Shown: positions 26,330-38,279 of the stretch, piece after piece
Layout of the letters: the number at the start of each line of letters is the position of its first letter
Position numbering within the stretch: position 1 is the first letter of the stretch
Origin: Dipteris shenzhenensis
Taxonomy: Eukaryota
Length of the DNA stretch: 64,000 nt
NCBI GenBank assembly: GCA_047967505.1
Contig: CM106538.1
Strand: one strand, 5' to 3'
Notes under the pieces: generated by a model
What the model was told of the DNA's origin: nothing
Databases searched by the model: none
The model's input: the letters and a program-made list of their open reading frames with translations, nothing else
Translations under genes and position numbers: made by a program

Positions 26330-27800
26330 CCAGGTACTCCCTCCCTCCCTCTCGTCCCTCCCCTCCTGCTTCCCATCCCCTCTCCTCCCGCTTCCTCTCT
26401 CCCCTCCCTTCCCCTCTCCTCCCTCCTATCCCTTGCCCTCCCCTCCCCCTCCCTTCCCCTCTCCTCCCCCTTCTTCTCCCGCTTCCTCTCTCCCCCTCCC
26501 TTCCCCTCTCCTCCTGCTTCTCCCCTCCCTCCTCGTGCTTCCTCTCCTCCCCTCCCCCTCCCTTCCCCTCTCCTCCCCCTTCCCCTTCCCGTCTCCTCCC
26601 TGCTCTCCCTTCCCCTCCCCTTCCCCGCCTCCCCTTCCCCCGCTCCGCCGTCGGCCCCTCCCTTCCCCTCCTCTCCCTCCCCGTCGGCCGCTCCCTCTCC
26701 CTTCCCCTCCTCTCCCTCCCCCTCCTTGCCGGCCCCTCCCTCCCCATCGTCCCTCCCTTCCCTTCCCTATCGTCCCTCCCTGCCAGCCCCTCCCTCCCTG
26801 CCATCCCTCCCTTCCCTTCCCCGTCGTCCCTCCCTTCCCCTCCCCCTCCCCCTCCACCTCCCCCTCCCTGCCGGCCCCTCCCTTCCCCGCCTCCCCTCCC
26901 CGTCATAGGCGGGAGGGAGGGGGGCTGACATGAGGGGGAGGCAGGGAAGGGGAAAGGGGGGGGCCGATGGGAGGGCGGGGAAGGGGGAGGGGGGGCAAGG
27001 AGGGCACGGGGAAGGGGGAGGGGGAGGGGAGGCAGGGAAGGGGGAGGGGAGGCGTGGGGAAGGGGGAGGGGAGGCGTGGGGAAGGGGGAGGGGAGGCGGG
27101 AGGGCATGGGGAGAGGGGGGGGTTAACCTCCCCACCTGCTGCGCACACAACAGGTGGGGTGGGGGGGCTAATAATACCACAAGTGGGGTGGGGGGGGTTA
27201 ATAATACCCCCCCACCCACACCTATTGCATGCGCAGCAGGTGGGGGGGAAATTTTGTGGGGTGGGGGGGGGCGAGGTGGGGAAGGGGGAGGGGAGGCGGG
27301 AGGGCGAGGGGACGAGAGGAGGGAGGGGGAGGGGTAAACCCCCTGTTGCACATGCAACAGGTGGGGTGGGGGTAATAATACCCCCCACCCCACCTGTTGC
27401 GCATGCAACAGGTGGGGGTAAACCCCCCCTCCCTCCTCTCCTCCTGCCCTCTCACCCCCTCCCTGCCCTCCCTTCCCTGCCTCCCCTCTCCCTTCCCTGA
27501 CCGTTAACCCCCCCTCCCTCCTCTCCTCCCGCCCTCCCGTTGCCCCCTCCCTCTTCCTTGCCTCCCCTCCCGTTGGGCCCCTTCCTTCCTCCCTCCGCTC
27601 CCTTCCCCTTTCCTCCTGCTTCCCCCCCTCTTCTCCCTATTTTTTAAGGCGGGGAGCGGTGAGGAGGATGGGAGGGGAGGGAGGAGGGAGAGGAGAGGGC
27701 AGTGGAGAGGGAGGAGGCAGGCGGGGAGGTGAGAGGGAGGATGAGAGGAGGTAGGCGGGGAGGCGAGAGGGAGGAGGGAGAGGAGGCAGACAAGGAGGCG
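26330..27800. repeat. Alternating C-rich and G-rich low-complexity tracts around a palindrome cluster (27130-27430)
   Basis: Strong strand-skew switches; CCACCTGTTGCGCATGCAACAGGTGG-type palindromes. Confidence 0.85.
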
Positions 27801-28367
27801 AGAGGGTTCTACAGCTATTCCCAGAAAGAGAGCAAAAATAACTCCTACTCCACGTGTAGATCGTTCAAGTGCAGGTTATTTAAAACCAGGCAAAAAATTG
27901 GATAGCAATGAATGAGAGCATCTGCAAGAAGAAGATACAAGTCTCGAAGATTTTTCTATAAGTGTGGCAGACTTACATCCTCTAGAGGATGACGGGTACA
28001 TTTGGGGATTTTCACAATTTAGTGTGGCCAAAATGCTTATTGATCGAGCTTCGTTGTTCACAAATCAAAGAAAGCTAGAGAGAAGCTAGATAAGACATTT
28101 GCACGCAAATTATATGAAGATACGAGGAAAACAAGAACTCCAGTTGCTACTAATATCACTCTTCATCCTATGGCATTTAAGAGACTTCAAGAAGATGATC
28201 CTACATTGCCTGATGTCACATTTCAAAAGCGCATGGACTTTCTTGATGCCTTTGAGAACTTTAGGAGTGACTTTGTTCATGGAGAGGCTTTGTAACAAAG
28301 CCGATATGGGACTGACATCGAGAAGAGACACATGCTGGCAAAGAATAGATTCTTGGAAAGATGCAGG

Positions 28368-29531
28368 TGTTGGCTCTTTCCTACTGCTTCCGTAGGAAGA
28401 GCTGGGTATTCTATGTTGCAGGGTTCCGAGGCTTTTTGTCACCTACAGATATATTGGGTTTGTCGTTGTAGTATATGTGTAGCTTAGGACCTCGAGTCGT
28501 GTTCCGGTGAGAGACGTAGGCTTAAGTGTGGTGAGTAAACAAAATGCAAGCATGTGTAAAAGGCACGTAAACCATTGTTGTTGGGGTAATGAAGGCTTTC
28601 GCCTTCATTGGGGGTTGTAGGGTTTAGGAGGAGTTTAAGGGTTCAGAAGGAGGATCCAGGGTTTAGAAAGAGTTCAAGGTTAGAAAGAATTCCAGGGTTT
28701 AGAAGGGGGTTCCAAGGTTTAGAAGGAGTCCAGGGTTAGAAGGAGGGTCCAAGGTTCAGAGTAGAGTACATGGTGGAGAACTCGTCTCCCTCGTAGATCA
28801 TTGAGTTTAAGGGTTTAGGAAAGCATAGGAGTGGGAGAGGAAGAAGGTGTAAGAGCATGGGTGAAGTAAGAGAGAGAGGATGAAGGAGGAGGAGGGAAGA
28901 GGAGGAGGGAGAGGGAGGAGAGAGGAGGAGGAGGAGGAGGGAGGAGGAGGAGGAGGAGGAGGAGGGAGGAGGAGGAGGAGGAGGAGGGAGAAGGAGGGAG
29001 GAGGAGAGGGAGAGGGTGGGTTGCAGGGTTGGAGGAGAGGGGAGAAGGGTTGCAAGGTTAGGACATGCTTTTGGACGTGCAGTGCAAGGAAGCATGGACA
29101 CTTGAGACAAATGCTTGGAATACCAATGTAGACTCAACACAATGCCCCAAGAGTGTGGGCTTCATTCCATTATGGGGTATTTATACAAGTTGGAGAGCTT
29201 CCCTATCTGCATGTAACACAAAGTCGTATCACAAAGTTGTAACACAAAGTTGTATCACAAAGTTGTAACACAAAGTTGTGTCACAAAGTTGTAACACATT
29301 CTCTCTCTTCATGTAGAAGATGTAACACAAAGTTGTTACACAAAGTTGTTACACAAAGTCGTAACATAAACTTGTAACACAAACTTGCAACACAAAGTTG
29401 TTACACAAAGTCGTAACATAAAGTTGTGTCTAGAAGTTGTAACACAAAGTTGTAACACCTTCTCTTTCTTCATAAGTTCATGTTGGCACAGAGTCAATTC
29501 TTCATAAGTTCATGTTGGCACAGAGTCAACA
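28368..29531 (-). repeat. 3' LTR of the Athila-like element
   Basis: Direct repeat of 42645-43761. Confidence 0.95.
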
Positions 29532-32500
29532 TACCCCCGGATCCATTTTATTACCGGTCCTCGGCTTATTGCGATCACGTACCTGGGTTGCCATGTTTTT
29601 AGTCCAGTGGCTGTGGAACTTGTGTCGTGCCAGTCGATCCTGCTGTAGAGCCTTAGCACCATACAATTTTTGGGCAGTTTCCAGGTAGCCTGTATCCACC
29701 ATTTGCTCAAACAGAGATATGTGGCGTGCCTCCAAGAAGATCACTCTTTGGTATAGTGGGCTTGTAATCTGAGCATCAATCCGTTCATTGGGATTAAAGC
29801 TGAGTGGAGGCAAATGGGAATCAAGGTAACATGGGACCTCCAAAATTAATGCTAATGTTTTGCAGAATATGGCACTTTGGCGAAGGAAGCGATCAATGTT
29901 GCCGCGCATTGTTTGTTCATGCTGCTGAAGTGCTCGGATCATGGCGCCTTGGATAGTCCATTCTACACCAGAGTAGGGTTCGATCATTGGCCAATTAATG
30001 ACTCGATCTTTAGCCAAAGTGTGTATGTTGGCTTCCCATCTTTTACGTCGTGAAACTGCATAGAACTTGGGATGGGTTCTGAGACATGGAGGTGCCTGTA
30101 AGTACTCCTTTAAGAAGCTTACATCAAAGAGCTTGGGACGGCGCCAATCAGGTTGTGGATCCAATTTGCTAATCCAACCTTCACTTATTTGGTGCTGACG
30201 AAGGTTGGTAGGAAAGTTACCCAGGGTCCATCCACCGCGAGTTTTCATATCAGGATATTTGCTCCAAAATTCCTTGATGGGGTTACTGGGAAGTGGTATC
30301 TCATCAAAATCATACCCATCATTGGAACTTGGCATGGGTGTACGAATTGGATTATCCGGATCCTGATATTCAAGATCAAATACTGCATCATTTTCTGCTG
30401 ATGGCAGCACCAGAAGTGTCGGAGGTGATGACGGGGCCGGGAGAGGAAGCAGGGGACATGGGGGAGAAATATGGCTGAGTGATAGTGGCGGAAGGGGGAG
30501 CAGAGGGGAGGGGGGGAAGAAATGGGCAAATGGTTTGAGCAGCTTGGTAATCCTCAAGGGTAGGATTAGCAAGGGAGGGGAAAAAGCTAGGTGTGAGGGG
30601 CTCGTAAGTTTGTGACTGTTGGGTAAGTTGAAAATGGTGAGAGGCATGAGCAAAGAGACGATGGAGGGAATAGATGTTAGGATGGAGCTCGGGGAAGGTT
30701 AAGAGGGTGACAGCAGCAAGGGGAAGTGAGGTTATGATGTTGGTAGAAAGAGTGGTTAGATATGGGAAGTTGGATGTGAGATAGGCCTTGTCATCGTCCG
30801 ACACTTCTTTTTGCTGGTGCGATGGAATGATCAGCTGCATGGGTTGGATGTCGGTTATGTCATGCCGTGCAAATAATAGGGATGGCCTTTGTAGCAATGG
30901 CAACAAACCTGCAATAACCCTGAGGGGAGGACTACCCATGAGGCAGACATATGCAAGGAAAGCATCCGTCCTGAGAGAGATAAACCCGGCATGTGTAGAC
31001 AGGCAGAAGATATTCTTCTCATCTTCAGACAAGTCTTGGCAAATTATGCGCAGGGTTTTAATCCCGATGGATCGTTTCCAGTCGATTGTTGGATGAGCAG
31101 ATATGATCTTGAGTTGGAGTTGCTTCCATTGGATAAGCACGCGTGCATGGAGGTGATCTTCCATTTGGAGAGCAGCCACAAGCTCTTCACACACCACGGT
31201 TGTGCATTGTAGTGGGCCGTCATTGGTGTTGTCTTCCAATGCCTCATTGTTGTGCACTAGCAATTGGAGTTCAAGCTTGGAGATGGCTATTTTTTGGGAG
31301 TGCATCTCATTCATCTTTTCTTTGTACTGATGGTAGATGCTTGTGTATGCCTCTTTAAGCTTTTTCATTTGCAAGGTGACCTTTGCCTATTGAGGAATGT
31401 CTTCAGTGGTATTAGACCATTGGTCCAAGAACTGGGCTTGTAAAGTGCTGGCCTCTTGAACAGTAGCAAGTTGGTCTTTTAAGAGTCGGCATTCCCTTGT
31501 AAGCTCATCAATGCTAAAGGCACGTACTACCAAAGATTGTTGCATGTCTTCAAGCTTGTCCTTGCAATCCTGGAGCTCTTCTTCTTTGTGAATGAGAGTG
31601 AGTCGAGCTTGTGCCACTTCCTCTGTTTGTTGCGCATGTGCAGTTGTCAGGGAGTTATAGGAGGTCTGTAGGATTGCCATTGCTTCTACTGCCGCAGTCA
31701 GCTGTGTTTGACTTTGGTGGAGGTTGGAGGTCACATCCCTTACGGCCTTCTCTTGAGCTTGGAGAGCCTGGTTCATGCGCACTTCTTCTACCTCCTTCTC
31801 ATCTATCTGTGCCCGAAGTGCCTTGACCTCTATGGCGATTGCCTGGAATTGGTCTTCGATTTCTGATGCCATGCGTCTGCCTTTCCAATTCTCTTGCATA
31901 TGCTTCCTTAGCCAAGCTAGTGAAGAGTTCTGACATTTGGATCATTTGGCTAGCTTGATGCTGGAGAATGACAGATGATGATGAGATCTGGCGATATTGC
32001 TGATACAAGTGGTGCCCATGTAGCCATCCCGAGGGTTTTGTAGTACTTGGGGGAGGTTGTTCCAATGGCATTTCACTCCCTTGTGGACAATAGTCATACT
32101 GCTGATCTGGCACGAGCTCTCCTTGGGGCTCATCGACTGGCATGACATCGATGGGCGGTTCGAGTGCTGATGTGGTCTCAAGCTCTGGTGCTGATCGTTC
32201 CTCAGGTTCGGGTGCCAACCTTGTCTCGAGCTCGGGTTGGTGCTATTGGGGGAGACTTAGTGGTTGCAGTTGTGCACCGAGTTGAAGCATTTCCTGGGGC
32301 AATTCTGCAATTCTGCTTTCCAGAATAGGTACTTCTGTTAAGGCATCTGTACTTATCAATGTGATAGCTGGAGCAGTTGATGATGGCTCCCATACTGGTG
32401 AGAAGGGTATGTCCAACTCCTCAATTGGCTTTGGAGACTGTGGGGTAGAGTCATTTCTCTTTCTTGTAGTTCTTTTTTAATGATGATAGCCAATAAGTGC

Positions 32501-33330
32501 GGGATTTTACATTTCTGGCCTAAAGAACCATCGAGTTTTTTGGTAAAGAAAATGACGAAGTGTTGTTTGAGCTTCCTACTCAGCAAAACAAATGTGCGGA
32601 GTGGAAGGGAGCGTTCCTTGCCGTTCTTTATTCCCAGGATGGTGGATAGAAATTGTGCTGCTTCCTTGAGGCGAGGGTCAAGGATTGTGCGAAGCAAGAT
32701 GCCATCTCTATGGATCAGGGTACCCTTGGTGAGGAGAGACTGTATTTCGATAAACTTTGCATCCACAGACCTTTTAGGGTATTCACCACCTTGCTTTGGC
32801 AGAGAGAAAGCCCTTTGAATGACTGTACTGTTGAGGATAATGTTCAGTGGGCTCTGCTGTACAGTGATTGTACCGTACTTGCCATCCGTTGCATTGCTGG
32901 CGTAGTAAGAGTGGAGAAAGTCCTTGATGTAGGTGGTCATGATAGGATTGTCCTCCAAGGATTTGAGGCTCTCATGCAAATGGCCTAGACCCCGTTGCTC
33001 TAAGTAAGATGATGCTTCCTGGGAAAGAGCATAAGTCGAGGTGGGTGGCCAGACAAGTTCCAATGATTGGGCCTTGTTAACGGTTGTGTATGCCGGTTGT
33101 GACTGGGGTTGCATTTGCTTGGACATGCACTGAATCTTCTTCGGAGCTATCGCTTTGGACCATGAACGCCTGTGGTCTCCGTGGTTGAGAGGATGTAGAT
33201 GGCTGCGAACTTTGGAGGGGGTCCCGTGGTTGAGGCGGTGGGCTCTTTCTGTGCATCCTCTTGAGTGGCGGCATCTTTTCTGAACCTGCATCCATGTACA
33301 TGTAGTGTACCATTGTTCATTACATTGATT
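29526..33330 (-). pseudogene. Extra 3' ORF(s) of the Athila-like element, frameshifted, including a coiled-coil segment
   Basis: Sense-strand ORFs tile the interval between pol and the 3' LTR: 33077-33313, 32356-33291, 31799-32218, 31387-31899, 30388-31374, 29526-30653. Confidence 0.7.
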
Positions 33331-33670
33331 GGCATGCTTGTATGACCTTTCTGTGTGTGTGTGGGAGAGAGATCCCTTTTTAAAAAAAAATAAAAAATAA
33401 AAATACAGCTTTTGAGAGTGTGGAATGAAAGTGTGTGGTACAATTATTCATGCAATCATCTATGTGTCTAAGCGAAAGCGTGTGAGTGCACGTGACCTAG
33501 TAGCTAAGTAGGGACTAACTATATGCTTTTTTTGCTGGGATTTTCATAGGGCAGCTAGAACTCATTCACCAATCCTGAGCTCTAGGTAAAATCGATTGAG
33601 GCTACCTATATGTGCGAAGACGTACATATGCAAGTGAGTGCTCGTGATACAATCTAATCCTAATCTAATC

Positions 33671-36349
33671 CTAACTAAGGAAGACTTGGTTTCCCAAATC
33701 TTCGTTTTTATCGGGGATGGCTCGCGTGTTGACGTAGTAGCGCTTCAATCGGCTCCCGTTTATTGTTGTGTTGAATTGGACTCCATCTAGTGTTTCAAGT
33801 AGCAGAGCTCCAATGGGATTCATCTTTCGTACTCGGTAGGGTCCTTGACCTAGATACTTCAGTTTTCCCTTGTGTACTTTGGCATTGTATAACAGGACTA
33901 AGTCGCCTTCCTTGATGTCTTTAGCTTTCAGATTCCTGTCAAACCATGCCTTTCTTCGACGTTTTTCTGTTGTCATGGCATGATAAGCGACTAGTCTTGT
34001 CTCTGTATGCTTTTCCAACTGACAGAGGCTTTCTTTCAAGGACTCATGATCACCCATGCGTTCCTGTATTGCGATGCGCAGACTTGGTATTACAAATTCA
34101 AGTGGGACCACGGCTTCAAGGCCGTACACCAATTGAAAATGTGTGTTCCCTGTACTGACCTTGAATGTGGTTCTGTATGCCCATAAGGCTGCATTCAGTT
34201 TCTCTGCCCAATCAGAACGCTGTGGTTCTACTACCTTGGTGAGGATATTGCATATGATTTTATTTGTGGATTCTGCTAGTCCATTCCCTTGGGGGTAGTA
34301 GGGTGTGCTTTTTCTATGAATGACCATGAAGCCAGACAAGAGTTCTTGGATTACCTCATTGACAAAATGTGTGCCTCTATCCGACACAATTTCAAGGGGG
34401 CATCCGAATCGGGTGATCACATGTTCGTACAAGAATCTTGCTGTGCTTTTGGCATCTGCCTTTCTGACTACTTTAGCTTCAGCCCATTTTGTAAAGTAAT
34501 CAGTGGCCACAATGATGTAGCGTGCCTGTGTTCCTTTTGCTGCTGGATGTATGGGACCTACATAATCAATCCCCCATTTTTCAAATGGCTGTTGTGCAAC
34601 AACTGTTGTTAGGGGATTGAAGTCTTTGTGTTGTGGTTTAATAGTTCGTTGGCATACATCACAGCCTTTTACATATTCATAGGCATCTGCCCACAGTGTT
34701 GGCCACCAGTAGCCTGCGAGGAGAACTTTTCTTGCTGTGGCTTCTCCTTGGAAGTGTCCTCCTGCAATGCCTTCATGGACTTCACTCAGGATTGGCAGGA
34801 TCTCATGAGGCATTACACATCTTCTTAATATCTGGTCCTTGCCCATCTTGTATAGTTGTCCTGCAATGAGTTGATATGGTGCAGCCTTTAGAATCAATTT
34901 TCTGGCATCTACTGCTTTCATGTCAGGGGGTGGTCTTCCTGCCATCAAGTACCCAATGATATCTCCACACCATTCTGGAACAGCATCTATTTGAAATAGT
35001 GTGGCATCTGGTAAGTCATCTTCTATTCCAGTGGCTTCTTCTCCAGTCTTGACTTGAGACATGTGATCGGCAATGTAGTGTTGGGCACCTTTGCGGACCA
35101 CAATTTTGAAGTTGAATTCTTGCAGCAAGAGGAGCCATCTGGTTATTCTTCCTGTGGTACACGGACGGTTCACAAGATAAAGCAATGCTTGATGGTCGGT
35201 GTAGAAGACAAAATCATTTGCAAGGAGATAGTGCCAAAATTTCTTTACACTATATACCATTGCTAGGGCTTCTCTTTCTGTGGTTGTATAGTTGATCTCT
35301 GCATCATTGAGTTGTCGACTGGCGAAGTAGACGGGGTAGTCTTTCTTATGTTCACCAGGTTGACAAAGCACACTCCCAATTGCATACTTGGATCCATCAG
35401 TATGAACATGAAAATCAATATCCCAATTGGGAGATAGAAGGATGGGTGCTGTGATTAGGCGCCACTTTAAAAGCTCAAAGGCTTGGTCGCACTCTTCGGT
35501 CCATAAGAACTCCACTAATAATTTGTAAAGTGGTCGAGCTATCATGGCATACCGCAATATAAATCTTCTATAATAGCCGGCATGTCCCATAAAGACCTGT
35601 ACACCTTTGGAATTTGTAGGAGGCAATTCCATGATGATTTTGATTTTGTCCATGTCAGTTGCAATCCCATGTTGAGAGACGATGTGTCCCAAAACAACTC
35701 CGTGGGTGACCATGAACTGGCATTTTGTTGGATTTAGGGAGATGCCATACTCCCTGCATTTGATTAATACTTCTTCCAGACATTTGAAGTGGTCCTGTTT
35801 GGTTGAATGGATGCACAAATCATCCAAGAACACCTGTAAAAACTTATTCAAGAATGACTTGAAAGCTGTGAACATGACTCGCTGGAATGTGGCTGGGGCA
35901 TTACAAAGGCCGAATGGCATGACTCTATATGCAAAAATACCCCATTTTGCAGCAAATGCTGTTTTTGATTGGTCTTGAGGAGCAATTTGTACTTGGTTAT
36001 AGCCACTGAAGCCATCCAAGAAGCTATAAATTTCGGATCCTGCCACCTTTTCCAACACTGTTTCTGTTAAGGGTAGGGGGTAGTGATCCCTAATTGTGGC
36101 GGCATTCACATTTTTCAAGTTTACGCATATTCTGAGCTTCTTGTTGCGTTTAGGCACAATGACAATGGGTGAAACCCAATCAGTGTGCTCTATCTCATAG
36201 ATGAATCCGGCATCTAGGAGTTTTTCCAGCTCGTCATAAGCCATGGTGCCATATTTAGGATTTGTGCGATAAGGGCCACATACCTTAGGGCGAGCACCTT
36301 CCCTTATAGGGATCGTATGAACTGCCACTTCTGGTGAAATTCCTTTCAT
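33671..36349 (-). CDS. pol: Pol: reverse transcriptase, RNase H, integrase (892-aa open segment)
   Basis: FLDGFSGYNQV, MPFGLCNAPATFQR, VFLDD; HTDGSKYAIG, TEREALA, YTDHQAL; H..H/CDVC, WGIDYVGP, VSDRGTHF, GLAESTNK, GPY. Confidence 0.95.
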   Translation of the reverse strand: MKGISPEVAVHTIPIREGARPKVCGPYRTNPKYGTMAYDELEKLLDAGFIYEIEHTDWVSPIVIVPKRNKKLRICVNLKNVNAATIRDHYPLPLTETVLEKVAGSEIYSFLDGFSGYNQVQIAPQDQSKTAFAAKWGIFAYRVMPFGLCNAPATFQRVMFTAFKSFLNKFLQVFLDDLCIHSTKQDHFKCLEEVLIKCREYGISLNPTKCQFMVTHGVVLGHIVSQHGIATDMDKIKIIMELPPTNSKGVQVFMGHAGYYRRFILRYAMIARPLYKLLVEFLWTEECDQAFELLKWRLITAPILLSPNWDIDFHVHTDGSKYAIGSVLCQPGEHKKDYPVYFASRQLNDAEINYTTTEREALAMVYSVKKFWHYLLANDFVFYTDHQALLYLVNRPCTTGRITRWLLLLQEFNFKIVVRKGAQHYIADHMSQVKTGEEATGIEDDLPDATLFQIDAVPEWCGDIIGYLMAGRPPPDMKAVDARKLILKAAPYQLIAGQLYKMGKDQILRRCVMPHEILPILSEVHEGIAGGHFQGEATARKVLLAGYWWPTLWADAYEYVKGCDVCQRTIKPQHKDFNPLTTVVAQQPFEKWGIDYVGPIHPAAKGTQARYIIVATDYFTKWAEAKVVRKADAKSTARFLYEHVITRFGCPLEIVSDRGTHFVNEVIQELLSGFMVIHRKSTPYYPQGNGLAESTNKIICNILTKVVEPQRSDWAEKLNAALWAYRTTFKVSTGNTHFQLVYGLEAVVPLEFVIPSLRIAIQERMGDHESLKESLCQLEKHTETRLVAYHAMTTEKRRRKAWFDRNLKAKDIKEGDLVLLYNAKVHKGKLKYLGQGPYRVRKMNPIGALLLETLDGVQFNTTINGSRLKRYYVNTRAIPDKNEDLGNQVFLS

Positions 36350-36370
36350 CTCTTTGTATGACCATGCTAG

Positions 36371-38279
36371 CTAGTCACGGTATTCCATTAGGAGGTCTTT
36401 GAGTTTGATTTCATCTTCTTGACAGAGCTGTTTCCCAATGAACACCAACTTTTCTTCCTCCCCTTCAAGGGCGAGGTTTATTGTGCGTGTTTTTGCCGGT
36501 CCCTCATAGATTGGAGGTTCTCCAATGCTATCGGTTTCTTGAACTTCAGATTCTCTGATTGGTCTTGGCATTGCTATTGGTGCACTGCCACTTGTATAAT
36601 TCTTAAAGTATTCCGGCACTGTCGGTCTCTGATGGGGTTGAACTAGCCTGAGATGTGTCATGAGTACTGGGTGGCATAGTTGCATTTAGTAATTTGTTAG
36701 GCTCTTCTTTTCTTTCTTTTTCTGAAGTCGTTTGATCGAGCTTCATCCGCACATGTGGCTTATATTTCCGAAACTTCTTACGTTGGGAACTATGGGGTAA
36801 CTTTTCCACTGGTAAGGTGTTTCCAAGTAAGGGTTCATGTGCTACACATACTCCTTCCAATCCTTCAGGGGACCATTCAAGAGGTGGTGGTTTTGACTTT
36901 GAGGGGACTGCCTTTGCAAGATACAATTCCACAATCCGTGTTTGGACTCGTTCGAATTCATTGAAGTGCTCGGCCTTGGCTCTTCTGCGATTTCCTCCTG
37001 CAGCTTTCTTGCGGGATCGTCTGCTATTATGCAACTGTGGAGGTTCAACTTTTGGGAGCTCAACTGCCATTAGGGCATGCAGAATGGCTAGGTCATTATC
37101 AAAGATTTCATCTTCAATTTCAGCATTCGCAGCCTCTGTTTCAAGGTCCCAAGGAAAATCTGAGTCATCATTGGTATGGGTACCTTCTTCAGGTTCATTA
37201 TCCCATTCGAGGTCAGCCATAAAGAAAGGCATCTCTAGATCAATTGGTTCTTCATGTGTCGGTGGAGGATCGACCTGTAGTGTGTTAACATCTATCTGTG
37301 AGAAGATGGGGTCTAATGAATGGCAGTTGTCGATGGTTGCCAATGTTTGTATCCAGTTATTGACATTGCTTTGTAAGTCACCTGCTATGGCATGCTGTTG
37401 CAAGGGATCTGATTTGCTCGAGATTGTCGTGGAAGATGTGTCATCCAATGCTCTAGGAACAATGGGTTTAATAGCTCTTGTCCCCACATTCACCCTAACT
37501 GCATTGTCTCGATTCTGGATTGTCAATCTATCAGTGCCCCAGTCATGGAGGACTGATGCTTCCCGTAACCAAGGACGTCCCAGTAAGATTTGATAGGATT
37601 TTTTGGGGAGATCCAAGATTGTGAATTGAAGGGAAAAGCGGACTCCTGCGATCTTTGTGGACACGCCATTCACTATTCCCAAGGGTTTAGCCCGTGAATC
37701 ATCGGCAAGGCGTATGTTGAAATTAGCCTTTTGCATTGGTGGGAGACCCCATTCTTCGTAAAGCTCCTTTGATAGGACATTGACACCTGCTCCACCATCC
37801 ACTATGGCTTGGATTTCATTATATGCCTTGTGGATCAAAGGCACAGTGATGTTGCGTATGTCATCTTTCTCACCCATCCGCACAGGGATATCATCAATGT
37901 CGTTCATAGGTGGAGGGGGATTTGTGAGTTCAATCCATCCTTTGAAACTCTCCCAGAGATTGGGACAATTTCGTAAGAGGATTCCAATGGGAATGGACAC
38001 AGGGCAACTCAGTATGCTAGAGAGTGCAGCTCCTTCAAGTTGACGTGGCGGAACATTCTGTTGTGGAGTCTGTTGTTGGAACAAAGGCTCGAGTACAGTA
38101 TCAATACTTTGTGGGGCCAAGTCATGGAGTGGGGCTTGAGCTTGTTTCTGAGTCTCAAATTGAGCTTGTTCATTTTGGACCCATTGCTGAAGTGCCTGAA
38201 AATGAGCCTTCTCCACCTCTGCATTCCGGAATGGAGCTTCTTTTATTCGAGGCTCGGGAGTTGATGTGGATGAACTCGG
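36371..38279 (-). pseudogene. Aspartic protease and spacer; in frame with gag after a TAG, frameshift near 36650
   Basis: AIVDGGAGVNVL and ILLGRPWL in ORF 36603-38216; ORF 36371-36685 is in frame with pol apart from one TAG. Confidence 0.82.

Noticed and set aside
26286-27905. Pro/Gly/Arg-rich ORFs
   Set aside because: Same low-complexity artefact; overlapping on both strands.
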